From the human T2T-CHM13v2.0 reference genome, Homo sapiens, in NCBI RefSeq assembly GCF_009914755.1, contig NC_060938.1: a stretch of DNA of 64,000 nt. One strand, 5' to 3'. Shown here one piece after another: positions 44,878 to 57,274 of this stretch (positions within the stretch are counted from its first letter, which is position 1; each line of letters opens with the position of its first letter). The notes beneath the pieces were generated by a model that worked only from the letters and a program-made list of their open reading frames with translations, was not told the DNA's origin and searched no databases. Both the position numbers and the translations under genes were made by a program.

Positions 44878-45185
44878 TGGTCCAAAATCCCTATTCTTAA
44901 ATTCCTGGGGCCCAGTGTGGTTTAGAATCCAGGATATTTTGGATTTTACAAAAGTAAACATATAATATCCCAATGGAGTCTAGGGCAGCCTTCGACTGTC
45001 CCAGACAGGACTATTTCCACAGCAGAATGAATGAGTACCTGCATTAAGCAGCATAAATAAAGATTACAAATAGTCTCACGTCAGCTCAGGTCAGGCTTTG
45101 CCACCACATGAGTCTGCTATGAAATTATCAAAGCGTTGACTTTTGGCACTTTCATGTTTCAGAATTGCAGAAGAATCCATGAGCA
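44878..45185 (+). mobile_element. MER46C-like Tigger element
   Basis: ggtccaaaatccct...tggggcccagtgtg...aaatagtctcacgtcagctcaggtcagg...tttcagaattgcag. Confidence 0.65.
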
Positions 45186-45599
45186 AACTGCCTCACAGAG
45201 AGGTGGAGTCACGTGCCCGAGGTCACATGACGGCTGTCGTGAACCTGGTTGCTTGGTGAAAGCCAGTGCTGTTCCCATTACTCACACCTGCCTCTCCTAA
45301 CTGCCTCTTAAACCTGCCAATCCCCATGCTGGTGAGAGGAAGATGAGGATGCAGGTCCTTGGCCCTTGGCCACGGCCCACTTGCTCCCTCTGCCTCAGCC
45401 GGCTTCCCTCTGGGCCCCCCGATGTCATTGGTCATGGGCTTTTTCCTTCTCAGGCTGACCCAGTGTGTAAATCAGTCTTCCCATGTGGTCAATTCTCAAG
45501 ACGATGATCAGCAAAGTTAGAGACCCAAGGATTTAACAAAAGAAAGAGAGGAAAAAGCCTCAGCTGGAAAAATGGTTTAGTGAGCTTTCCACACTGGTC

Positions 45600-46830
45600 T
45601 AGGGGCCCATGACATTTTTGCTCTGTCCTGATGGTGAGATTCCACTCTAAAACAAACCCAACAGGGTCAGGGCTGTTTACTCAAATATTTCCCCCCCAAA
45701 ACCGAGTTGTGAAAACTGTCAACCTCACCAACGTTGGGGACACGGATTTGCCTCCAGCGTGAGAAGCGAGTCCCCTGCCTTTGCACTGGGGACCAATCAG
45801 AAGACAAGACAAGCCATGGGGTGCGGGCGCCCATGGTATCTGGCCATCTGGGGGCCCCCGCTTCTCTCGGCCGGCTGTGGAGGCAAGGGAGATTTTTTTT
45901 CCAGAGCTTGGTGGGGCTCCATATGGTCGAGATCAAAGGTGTTGCTGGGTGCATGGTTCTGCTTTATTTCCAAGCACTGCTGTTAATTAGAAAACAAGAT
46001 CAGAGGCAGTATTAAAATCCAATTAAATTGATATGAACAGATTGCCAAGTGATGTTCACTAATGTATAATTGAGCACCATGCAAATTTCGGTGGCTGGCT
46101 TTTGTTTTTTTCCCCCACACTCTGGAATGAATGATGAGGCTATGAAGTTTTTCTTCATTGTAAAAAACAAACAAGTTAATGCATTGATCTAGGGGGTATT
46201 GCCCTGGTGATTGATGAAAATGAGAGAGAAATAGTAAAGTGTGACTTTTTGAAGGGAGGGAGTAAAGATTCTTCTACTCTTCCTCTTTTTTCTCTCCTTG
46301 GTTCCACACCCATTTCTTATGCACAGTGGCAGGCCTCGCTTTCTGTTGACATTCCATTGTTAATGATCCAGAGAAAGTTCCTCTGGATTTCAAGGATGGA
46401 TTGAAAACAAATTTTGGAAGTTTGAAGACAAACATCACAGATAAAAAAGGATCTGTGTGCAGGTAGGTTTTGTTTTAGTATTAATGTTTTGTATATGCCT
46501 CCGTGTATTAAAAAGAGGGAATTTGCCTGATTTGAGCTTATGAGCAAACCCCCCAAAGGATGTAGACTCTGGGAGAAGATACCGGGAAGATGAGGAGAGG
46601 CCAATTTCACCAACAGAAGGGAGATGGCTGCCTGCCGAAAAGAAAGCGGTTAGCATGAACGTGCGTCAGGAGTTGCCTGTTATTGTTGCAAAATGAAATT
46701 GTTTGCTCACTGCAGATATAGCAGGTTTGTAAGCATGCTGTCAGTGCTAAGGTTTTTTTTTTTTTTTAAGTACCACCAAAGACAACAGCGGATGGCAGTG
46801 TCTACATATTCGTTACGCGCTCATAGCATT
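45600..46830. promoter_or_regulatory. Candidate conserved non-coding element or enhancer
   Basis: No recognisable repeat; CpGs locally retained; clustered TAAT/ATTA sites; octamer ATGCAAAT at 46079-46086. Conservation not tested. Confidence 0.45.
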
Positions 46831-47029
46831 TGGGTTTTTGTTTTAATTCCCTTTAAAAAGAAAGCAATCTAATCAGCTCACTCCCAGGATTACAGCCTGG
46901 GTGTCAGGCAGTGAGGAAGACTCAGAGATAAGAAAGACCCTGGCCTTGGCCTTCAGGCATCCAGAAAAGGGGCACAAAGTATAGATAGGCAAGCAGGATG
47001 AAGCCCAGGGAGAACGTACGGCTGCTTCC

Positions 47030-47530
47030 CAGCATGCATTCGCCTGCTGTCTCTTCCTATCAGAAGCCCTGATGGTGCTCGGGGAAACTGCCAGCTCACC
47101 ATGGAATTCAGGAACTGGCAAGCCCCGTTCTGGGGGAGACCCTGATTGGTCTATGCCAGATGGCGTAACTCCATGTCTTGAGCCAGCAATGAGTTCTGGT
47201 GTGAACATGTGACTCACTTCTGGCCAATGAGATGTGGCATGAGGGGCCTCTCCCTGGTGCTTCTGGGAAAAGTCGTCCCAGATGATAAGAAGAGGCTCAT
47301 GGGAAACAAGAGTTGCTGCTGCCACCATTTTGCTACCAGCCCAAGGGTGAAGCTCACACATCAAGCAGGACCCAGAGAATCACAAAAAATCAGAACCAAG
47401 CACCCACCCAACCCCTGATATTCAGCACCTGAAACTCACATACCTCTGGACTTCTCTTTACATATGAGGGCCATTATGTATGCCTCACTGGGCCAGATTT
47501 TCTGTTCAATGTCACCAAAAACAACCCAAC
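47030..47530 (+). mobile_element. Old MLT1 (K/H-like) LTR
   Basis: catgtgactcacttctggccaatgagatgt...gcttctgggaaa...ctctggacttct. Confidence 0.55.
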
Positions 47531-48771
47531 AGAGCCAGGATGAAACATCAGGGAAGACGGCACGTTTCATCCCCCTCGTGAGCGCAGGGGAAACTTCCTA
47601 AAGAAAGCGGCCTTGTGTGTCCTTGTTCACAGCAGCTGTGGAATACAAGCTTAGGTTTGGCTGTTTGGTTATTTAGCTGACTGGTTTTAGAGAAGCCCTT
47701 CCGCAGATGGCTGGAGGACAGAATATAGTTATTAGCAGCCCCTCTGCTCATTTTAACAAAAAGGGGAGAAGAGTGACATTCGGTTTTTGGAGAGGTTTTT
47801 TCAGTCTTTTTAAAAACCGCTTTATTGAGATATAATTCACATACCAATATACTGTACAATTCCTCCGTTTAATTCATTGGTTTTCAGTGTATTCACGGAA
47901 TTTTACAACCATCGTCTTTATTCAAGAATTTTTAATATTAACTTGTATGTTACAACAGGAACTAGAAGAAATGTTTCTTTGGAACCCTTTTTAAGTGATC
48001 ATTTAGAAATGGTTATACTTTAACATTTTATGGGTTTTTTTTGGTATATTTTATTTTCACGTAAGTTTCATATGATGCTGTTTTTATTCCCCAGGTAATC
48101 ACTGAGTTTTCCTAGTCATTTTCCCAACTTCTATCATGATACAAAATACAGTTCCTGGTGAGAATAAATATTTAAGCATATAGTCCTTAGAAGAAAAATA
48201 TTACTATAAACAAGAGATTAAATATTCATAAGAAAACTATGTGTTAGTACTTTATATTATTTAATTGAATATATTTATTATAGACCATTGTATTAGCATC
48301 GGCCAAAAAAATTATATACAAAGCAAGGGCCCTGTCTCGAGGCTTGAATAAGACAAAATGTAGGTGAGGTTACTCACAGTGGGATCTTTCCTGTAGGTGT
48401 CTAGATGATGTTATTAAATAGAAGGAACATTTAATTGATGAATGATCCAAGTAAATACCATCATATAGTGCTTGGGAGAAATTTAAATTTTTACCCCAAA
48501 TGTTTTGTGAACTGTTAGGGTTTTTCCAGATTCTTTTAAACTACAACTCTGTCTATAATAAATATAGCTAACAGTAATTATTAATAGTTGAAAGGCAACT
48601 TCGTTTATTGAGAATAAATATAATAGTTGACTTTCTTTCAAAGATAAAGTATGGACATCGTATGTTAAAGGAAGGCAAAAGAGTTCAGTGGTCCAAATTT
48701 GGGCCAAATTTGTGCTTCCCAAATAGTTCCCTTTAAAAGCAGCTAGTACACACATAAGGTACCGATCTCTC

Positions 48772-49076
48772 TTTTTTTTTTTTTTTTTTTTTTTGAGACA
48801 GGTTCTCACTCTGCTGCCCAAGCTGGAGTGCAGTGGCATGATCTCGACTCACTGCAGCCTCCACCTCCCAGCTCAAGTGATCCTCCCACCTCAGCCCTCC
48901 ATGTAGCTGAGGCCACAGGCGCTCACCACCACACCTGGCTGATTTTTGTATTTTTTAGTAGAGATGGGGTTTCGCCACGTGGCCCAGTCTGGTCTCAAAT
49001 TCATGAGCTCAAGTGATCTGCCTGCCCCAGCCTGCCAAAGTGCTGAGATTACAGGCATGAGCCACCACACCTGGCC
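48772..49076 (-). mobile_element. AluJ
   Basis: gctcaagtgatcctcccacctcagc; polyT head. Confidence 0.92.
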
Positions 49077-49966
49077 TGAAGTATCTCTCTTAATTCTCCC
49101 CATGAACCTCTGAGATAGGTTTTATTATTCCCATTTTGCAGGTGGGAAAATGAGACTTTAAAAATTTGGTAACTTTCTCTGTTACAATCTCCCTTTGAAT
49201 CCTGCACATTTCCTTCATAGCCTTTACCACAGAGTAAATAAATATTTTTGTAGTAGCTTTGTTGATGTCTATCTCCCTAGCTCTAGCCTCCAGGAGGGAA
49301 GTGCACCCATCTGCTCACTGCCATACTAATGGCCCCAGGCAGGGCAGGAACTCTTCAAATGCTCTATGGATATGGCCAGCATCACTTAGCTAATGAGGGG
49401 GAGGGCTGCCCTCTGAACCCAATTCTGTCCATCTCCAGAAACCAAGCTCATAACCAATAGCCCACACTCCTTGCTAGCACAGCTATCTCCCCAGCACCAG
49501 GCCTGTGACCCAACACAAGGTAGAACTCACTGAATGTTTGAAGAATGAGTGCACATTACACAATCAAAGAGGCACAGATGAGGAAACATGCCCACCTGGC
49601 TTCCAAGTGTGGAGTAGAAAAGATAGGCTGAGGACTCTGGCCATCAGGATGTAAGATGCCTGAGTTCAGGTCTACCCTGCAGCTGATGAACTGTGTGACT
49701 TTGAGTGGAACACTGCACTTCTCTGGGCCTTAGTCCACCACAAGAATAATCACACCACATATATACAATTCCAAGGAAAATCCAACTTCCAAAAGGAAGA
49801 GATTCCTTCTCACCAATTCCCACCACCTGGTTATTCCTATGAAGCCTTGGTAGAGTAGGTTCAACTCTAATTCTGGACACTTTGTTATATGAGCTTCTGC
49901 AAACCCTCATCCTGCTAGAATATGGTGTAATACATCTGTGTCTCAATCCCAACAAAAGACTTGGTC

Positions 49967-51280
49967 AGCAGTGGCTGCATAATCTGTGGGGCACAGTGTA
50001 AAATGTAGAAGCAGAGGCACTTGCTCCAAAAGCAGGAAAAACGTGCCCTGCAAGGTACTGAAATGTACCCTCACTGTTCCTTCCTCTCTCTCCCTACTTG
50101 TCACGGTGTCTTTGTTTGCTATGTATTTGTCATTCTAAGTAAAGAAAAATTAAACTTAAATTATTAGCATGAAGTGTATCATACATCTTTATATCGTGCA
50201 ATTCCAGTTTAAACACAAATATAAGAGCATTTAACTCATGCATAGAATAAACAAAATTATACAATTTGTACTTTGCAGCTTGTATATGCATGTTTATTTC
50301 ATTCTTACCAGAAATATGGAAACGCTGCAGAAAATTAACTCCACTTTTTTATTTCACTTCTTCATACGTGCATATTCTGCCAACATTCTATGGAAGCTGA
50401 AAGTTTTCCAGGACATGCTCACCTTGTATTGGCTTTTAATCTTGCTGAACTTCTACACACCGGGGGGTCCACTAACATTCTGTCAAGGAGACATTGAGAA
50501 GGCCACATGTGAATGGGACAGCAGGGAGCAGGGACATGCACGTTGCACTCAAGGCACATGCTCCATTGTCCCATTGAACTTCACTTACAAAACCTAAGTT
50601 TGGGAATAAAATTAATACCATTTGACCCAGCAATCCCATTACTGGGTATATCCCCAAAGGAATATAAATCATTCTACTATAAAGATACATGCACGCGTGT
50701 GTTCACTGCAGCACTATTCACAATAGCAAAGACTTAATCAACCAAAATGCCCATCAATGATAGACTGGATAAAGAAAATGTAGCACATATACACCATGGA
50801 ATGCTATATAGCTAGGAAAAGGAGCGAGATCATGTCCTTTGCAGGGACATGGATGAAGCTGGAAGCCATTATCCTCAGCAAACTAACACAGGAACAGAAA
50901 ACCAAACACTGCATGTTCTCACTTATAAGTGGGAGCTGAACAATGACAACACATGGACACACGGAGAAGAACAACACACAATGGGGCCTGTTGTGGGAGG
51001 GTGGCGGGGGAGAACATTAGTGAAAAGAGCTAATGCATGCTGGGCTTAATACCTAGGTGATGGGTTGGTAGGTGCAGCAAACCACCATGGCACGTGTTTA
51101 TCTATATAACAAACCTGCACATCCTGCACATGTACACCAGAACTTAATTTTTTTAGAAAAATTTTTTTAAAAAAAGAATTTCAAGACACAAAGATCAGAG
51201 CATTAAAGCAAGCATGGGGCCCTTTTGAGCACAAGACCTCGTGTGATTGCCCAGGTCGCATGCCTGTGAAGGGAGCCCTG
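49967..51280 (-). mobile_element. MER45 (B/C-like, hAT-Tip100) split by an L1PA fragment
   Basis: Right end resembles the reverse complement of the MER45 5' end (aagaatttcaagac...agagcattaaa...caggtcgcatgcc...gaag...gccctg). Confidence 0.65.
50600..51172 (+). mobile_element. 5'-truncated L1PA 3' end
   Basis: ccatttgacccagcaatcccattactgggtata...gatcatgtcctttgcagggacatggatgaagctggaa...aacaaacctgcacatcctgcacatgtac. Confidence 0.93.
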
Positions 51281-53544
51281 GACTCTATGCCGTTGGCTCA
51301 GCCGTTTTTAATGGTCAGGCTGTCCAGCCTGAGACCTAGAACTCTCTAGAGCACCCAGAAGCCCAACACTCCAATGCCAAGAATGCCCATGGCTCGCGGC
51401 ATAAAACTGGACCTTAACAATCATATTTCTTCCAGATGTTTGATTATTTCAAACACTAGAGCTAAATTATTTTGTCCCCAGCCTTATTCCAAATATATTC
51501 TAATTTGATTTAGTAAATACATTTAGTAAAATAAAAATAAAGAAATAGCCTAGGGTGAAGGGACCTTGCCATTATCAATACCACGTCCTCTTTCTCTTAC
51601 CAGACAGTAAGATGGTATCTAAAGCCATTTTATTTTCAACAGAATACATCGCACGTCATTGAAAACAGATGGTGCCTAATAATTTCAGAATGACTAAATG
51701 AAACATGCAGGAGTCACTTTTTTTGACTAAACAACATGCCTTGTGATGGCCAGCTCATTTTTTAACTATTTAACTAGCAATACTTGAGAAAATGTATACA
51801 GTGTAGTTTGAGTTTTTATTAAACCTGCAAAGCCTTTTTATTTGCTGTCTCATCTGATGCAAAAAAATACGTTTCCAGTGTAAGCTATTTTAGCCCCATT
51901 TGGCATATGAAACCCTGGAAAGGAAAATGACTTGCCAATCATAACACAGAAGATACACGACACATTTCAAATTCGGTTCTTTCTGACTCCAGGACTTTCC
52001 AGGACATAAGCCTCAGAGTAATCACTTTTGGCTAGAGGAGTTCTTAAAAAGGGAGTAAAATTATCTGGAGAAAGCAAAAAAAGTGGGATTCTTCATAGAA
52101 TGCAAATCAACAATTGCCTTTGGCTGGAGCCCCACGGATGAGTCGAAACTCCAGCGAAGTGTCTGGTGGGCCCCCAGCGAGTCTTGGCCAGCAGTCCAGC
52201 CCAACTCCTGAGTCAGGATGACTGACAGTTCCACCCCATAAAGTAGACCCATATTCGAATTACATCACAGTGCATTTTTCACATGCAGGAAAGAAACAAT
52301 TGAAACCGACCACAGAAAATGGTTAGTGAGGCTTCCAAACCAGCCATCTAATAAATGCAGGTTTCCCTTGTTTATCAACTCTAATTACAAATTGGAAGCA
52401 AATCCAACATGGGTTGCTGTATTGTAATTGGTATATATGGAGGCTTTCGGACACAGGTTGGAGACCTTTCACAGTTCAATATCATGTATGTTGAGTGACT
52501 AAGGCCTGGGCCATCCAGACTGCAGGGAGGTTCCATGGTGAGGTTCTTCCAGACGCTTCCCGGCAGGCCATGGGCTGCAGACCTCACAAGGAGGCCGAGT
52601 GCCCCCTGCTCTCCTCTCTTCTCAAAGGCTTCCTTTGCTCAAGAACACTCATTCTTTAATCACTGCAAAACATCCAGCCATGTTCTGCGGGCACAAAGCT
52701 GTCTCCCTGAGTTCAGAGTCAAGGAGGAGATGCATGGGAGTGGGGCAGCAGACAGAGGGCAGGACAGGACGCCGAGGGAGCTCGGGGCCCAGAGGGTTCC
52801 CGGGGAGTGTGGGACTCCTGGGCCTTTATCCTCAGCCCCTCCAAGCCCTGTGTCCTGCAGTCCTTGCCTGTCAGGGAGGCCCAGCTCTTGGCCCACACTG
52901 GGAGGAACACACAAGAAGGAGCCGGGTTGGAAACAGGCCGGACACTGGCCTCAAGGGACTCGTGCCCAATCTCTGTTCCTGGACTCCTTGCTCAACCCAG
53001 AGAATATCCACCTGGAACCCAGAATTCCAATATCTGGTTTGTGATCCCCAAACAGGCCCCTGGCTCCAGGGTGTGGCCAGCCAAGATCAACAGAGAAAAT
53101 GGCCTTAGCTCATCAGCTCGGCCCCTCCTTCTGAGGCATTAGAGAGCAGGCCGCCTGCTCATCCTGACGCTGTCTCCACTGCCCACGCCAGGAGCCAGTG
53201 ATGGTCCTGCTCTGGAAGCCACCCACAGAGAGGCAGCTCGAGGGTACGGGAGGCTGACAGGTGCCCAGGTGTCGGACGTGACGGCCCAGACACCTGCCTG
53301 GCTATTACTGAGCCTCGGTTTCCATGAACTAGGGACACCAGCTTGGTGTTTTCCGGACATGATGACCACCGGGAGAGGAATCCCACTCAATCTGCTCAAA
53401 CAGGGGACAGAGGGTGAGGGGATGAGGCAGGGGAGGGGCAACTGAAATCTCGGGGCAGGAGGACAACAAAGTGGGGCTGACACTTGGGGCCAACCGTGGA
53501 GAACAGAAGTTTGTGTTTTTCTCTGGCTTTATCCCCCGTATCTG

Positions 53545-53846
53545 ACACACACATACACGCACACACACATCAACAGGCACACATGCACACACACATTCAT
53601 ATCCACGCATTTATGCACACATACACACATTCACACCATTGCATGTGCGTGCACACACACATTCACACCCACACAAATTCACCCACGCACACACACATTC
53701 ACACATGCATACACATTCACACACATGCACATGCACACACACATTCACACCCACACAAATTCACACATGCACGCACACACATTCACACACGCACACACAT
53801 TCACACATGCACATTCATACACACACACACATTCACACACACACAA
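53545..53846. repeat. Degenerate (CA)n-rich repeat
   Basis: About 300 bp; recurring cacacacattcacac units. Confidence 0.95.
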
Positions 53847-54995
53847 CCCGTTTCTCTGGGGTCTCCTGCCCTCCTGCCTCTGCCTCTCCCCTCTCTCTTC
53901 TCCACAGATTGGCTTCACCTGCTGGGGCACAGGCCACCAGAGGCAGTCGCCATGGCTGTCAACCCCTCACAGGTCAAGCCCACAGAGCCACCCAATTCAG
54001 CCTCCCTGGGTTCTAATTCCAAGAGAAGTTTCCAAGGAGGAAAAACAAAATTTACCATTAGGTGAGGTGTCCACCCTAAGCTGGTCCCGCCAGCTGCAGC
54101 CACAGCCACGTGGCCATATGTCCAAAGGGCTGCCCCTTGGGCTCTGTGGGCTGGTCAGCAGGTCCCTAAGGTGGAGCATGGGTGGGCTGCCGTGTCTGAC
54201 ACATCCCAAGCTTCCTCAAAGGGCTAGTTGGGGCGACAGTGTTTGCTCGTAACCCTGGGAACTGAGCTATAGGCCCCCCTGAGCTGCCGAGGACAAGAGC
54301 ATGGGGTCTTTTCACTGCAGAGCACTGCTGCCCACTCTCCTGCCTTTGCTCTTCCGTCTCATTCCATTTTATGGTCAAGAAAAACTGAAGCCAGCTGACC
54401 TGCCCAAGGTCATCCAGCCAATAAGAAAGTGACCTCAGATTTAAACTAAGACCATCTTATGCTGAACTTAGTTCCTTTCCCACCCCATCACAATTTCCTC
54501 TGGGCTTGTTTCTACAGCCCCGTCCTATCACCAGGACACTTTTCAGGACCTCACTGGAGCGCCCTGCAGCCTTGTGAGTCAGGACGTGGTCTTCCCACCT
54601 TCCAGATAAGCAAACTATGCCAGGGAGAGATAACCTGGCTTGCCCGAGGTCACATAGCTATGAAGTGGTAGCACCAGGCTTCAAACTCATGTCTGTCTGG
54701 CTCCAAAGGATTTTTTTTTTCCAACATCACATCAGGTCCATAGAGATATCTTAGAACCACTAAATTGTAAAATTTTGTGGGCTGAGAAATCAATGACCTA
54801 TTTTTCCACAGATCCATTTAATACCGCATCACTGGGTGTCATGAGACCTGGTGGCATTGAGGTGAGGATAATTGCAATGATGTGTCCGGTGCTTTACAGG
54901 TGGCAACTTGCTTTCTCATGGAATATCTTGGAAGTCATCTAATCATTCCCTCTACTTGATTTACAAATACCCTACCAATGTGTGGTGTAAGGTAC

Positions 54996-55375
54996 CAATA
55001 TGGTTTGGCTCTGTGTCCCCACCCAAATCTCATCTCAGATTATAATCCCTGTAATCCCTACATGTCAAGGGAGAGATCAGGTGGGAGGTGGCTGGATCAT
55101 GGGAGCAGTTTCCCCCATGCTGTTCTCCTGATAATGAGGGAGTTCTCATGAGATCTGATGGTTTTATAAGCATCTAGCATTTTCCCAGCCTCACTCTTCT
55201 CTCTCCCGCCACCATGTGAAAAAGGTCTTTGCTTCCCCCTCGCCTTCCACCATGATTGCAAGTTTCCTGAGGCCTCCCCAGCCATGTGGAACTGCGAGTC
55301 AATTAAACCTCTTTCCTTTATAAATTATCCATTCTCGGGTATTTCTTTATAGCAGTGTGAGGATAGGCTAGTACA
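54996..55375 (-). mobile_element. THE1D-like solo LTR
   Basis: atatggtttggctctgtgtccccacccaaatctcatc...tagtaca; exact TSD GGTAC. Confidence 0.92.
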
Positions 55376-55613
55376 GGTACTCACATCACAGTTGAGGGAG
55401 AAAGAGAGCATTCGTTCCACCCTAGCTCTGGCAGGCATTGTGAGAGCAGAAGCCTGTTTCATTCTCCCAACAGCCCAGTGAGGTCTATGATCTTAGCTCT
55501 ATTTTATGGATGAAGAACTGGGGCTCAAAGAAGCAAAGACGCCTGAGCTGGAGAAGGTTTATGCAAAAGGCCATGAGGAGTGAAAGGATGCTGTGTTCGT
55601 CTGTCCTTGTGCA

Positions 55614-55834
55614 GTTTCACTTTGTTCAATCCAGGGTTTACCTCCCTTGACTGACTACAGGGCATCAGCCTAGTAGCACCTGAGGAACGCGCTTGCTGAA
55701 GCCTCATTCTGTGGCGTACACCCTGGAGCCGACTGTGTATTTTTATATGTAACCACAGTCATGGTTCCTGCTTTGAAGTGGAGATCTATGCATGCCTCTC
55801 CTCGCCCTCCCCAGACAGGGGCAAGCCTTGCTGC
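55614..55834 (+). repeat. Inverted repeat, left arm
   Basis: About 90% identical to the reverse complement of 57049-57274. Confidence 0.93.
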
Positions 55835-56151
55835 AGGCTGTACAGGAAGCATAACAGCTTCTGCTTCTGGGGAGGCCTCAGGGAGCTCCCAATCATGGCA
55901 GAAGGCAAAGGGGTAGCAAGCACTTCACATGGCCAGAGCAGGAGGAGGGCGGGGGAGGTGTTACACACTTTTTTAAACAACTACATCTCATGAGAACTCT
56001 ATCATAAGAATAGCACCAAAGGGACAGTGCTAAGCTATTCATGAGAAATCATTCCCGTGATCCAGTCCCCTCCCACCAGGCCCCATCTCCAACACTGGGG
56101 ATTACAACTGAACGTGAGATTTGGGCAGGGACACAGATCCAAACCATATCA
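55831..56151 (+). mobile_element. MST LTR lacking its 5' end
   Basis: Begins abruptly at ctgcaggctgtacaggaagcat; normal end ccaaaccatatca. Confidence 0.88.
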
Positions 56152-57048
56152 GGTGCCTAGGGCACCTCCACACCCTTCAATTACTTTCTTCTGCCATTGC
56201 TAAAATATATTTGCCTGTCCTCTCCTTTGGCAGAAAAGAGGGGCCTGTCAAGCTTACAGTGTCACTGAGTACCAAGGCAAAAATGTCCCCAGCACCAAAG
56301 AAAGCACACCTTCCCACATTGAAAAGGCTGTGTTTGCCATCAGGATGGAGGTTTTGCCCCTTTATGTATTCCAGAACTTAGGAAAAATTGAAGGGTCGAG
56401 GTTAGAGGGGCCTGGGAAGTAAGATAAAAGCAGGGAAGATCACCCCAAATGGGATCCAAAGAAAATGGACCATTGGCTGCAATGAATCCTGAGAAGGCTC
56501 AGCTCTGGAACAGTAGTTGAGGCTTAAGAGAAAAATAGAAACAGAAAAGAGAGGCATTGTGGCCAGCTGAGCTTGAACAACCGCAGCAATCACAGAGACT
56601 GCCTGTCATCAGGGCACTCTCCCACACTAGCATTGCAGGCCCATTTCAGCCCCTTTCTCTGCCTGGCATCCAGCACCTTGCTGCTGAGCTCGGCTTTAAG
56701 AAGCTGCCAATGTGTTGGTTCTGTCCTTAGAAATCCTTTTGATCTTGATCTTGAGAACTTTCATCATTCACTAAAATGAGAGGGAAGTGGAGGACACATG
56801 GGGGCCACCCAAGTAGACCTGGGGGAGAGGGGTCTCTGCATTGGTGGGGAGAGAGCTGCCAGGGTGAGTCTTCATGCAGGAAGCACTGGGTCCCCTCCAG
56901 GAGCTCCAGCAAGTTGGAATAATAACAGCATGGCTGGGCCCCAGCCAGAAGGCAGGGGAGCAGGGAGAGCGCCCCTCTGCACATGGGTGAGGCAGCCCTG
57001 GCTTCAGAAGAGGCCATCTACCCCAGAGGGCTCCAGGAAGTCCAGCTG

Positions 57049-57274
57049 GCAGCAAGGCGCCACATGCACTTCGTCTGGGAGGGCAAGGAGAGGCATGAAT
57101 TGATCTTCACCTCGAAGCAGTGACCGTGACTGTGGTTACATATAAGGATACACAGTCGGCTCCAGGGTGTACGCCACAGAATGAGGCTTCGGCAAGCGTG
57201 TTCCTCAGATGCTGCTAGGCTGATGCCCCATAGTCAGTCAAGGGAGGTAAACCCTGGAGTCAACAAAGTGAAAC
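57049..57274 (-). repeat. Inverted repeat, right arm
   Basis: Reverse complement of 55614-55834. Confidence 0.93.

Noticed and set aside
53484-54252. His/Thr-rich ORFs of 125-193 aa
   Set aside because: Translations of the CA repeat
55614-57274. Novel DNA transposon with 220-bp terminal inverted repeats
   Set aside because: No TSD at the outer ends, no transposase, and the inner junction truncates an LTR, which favours a rearrangement
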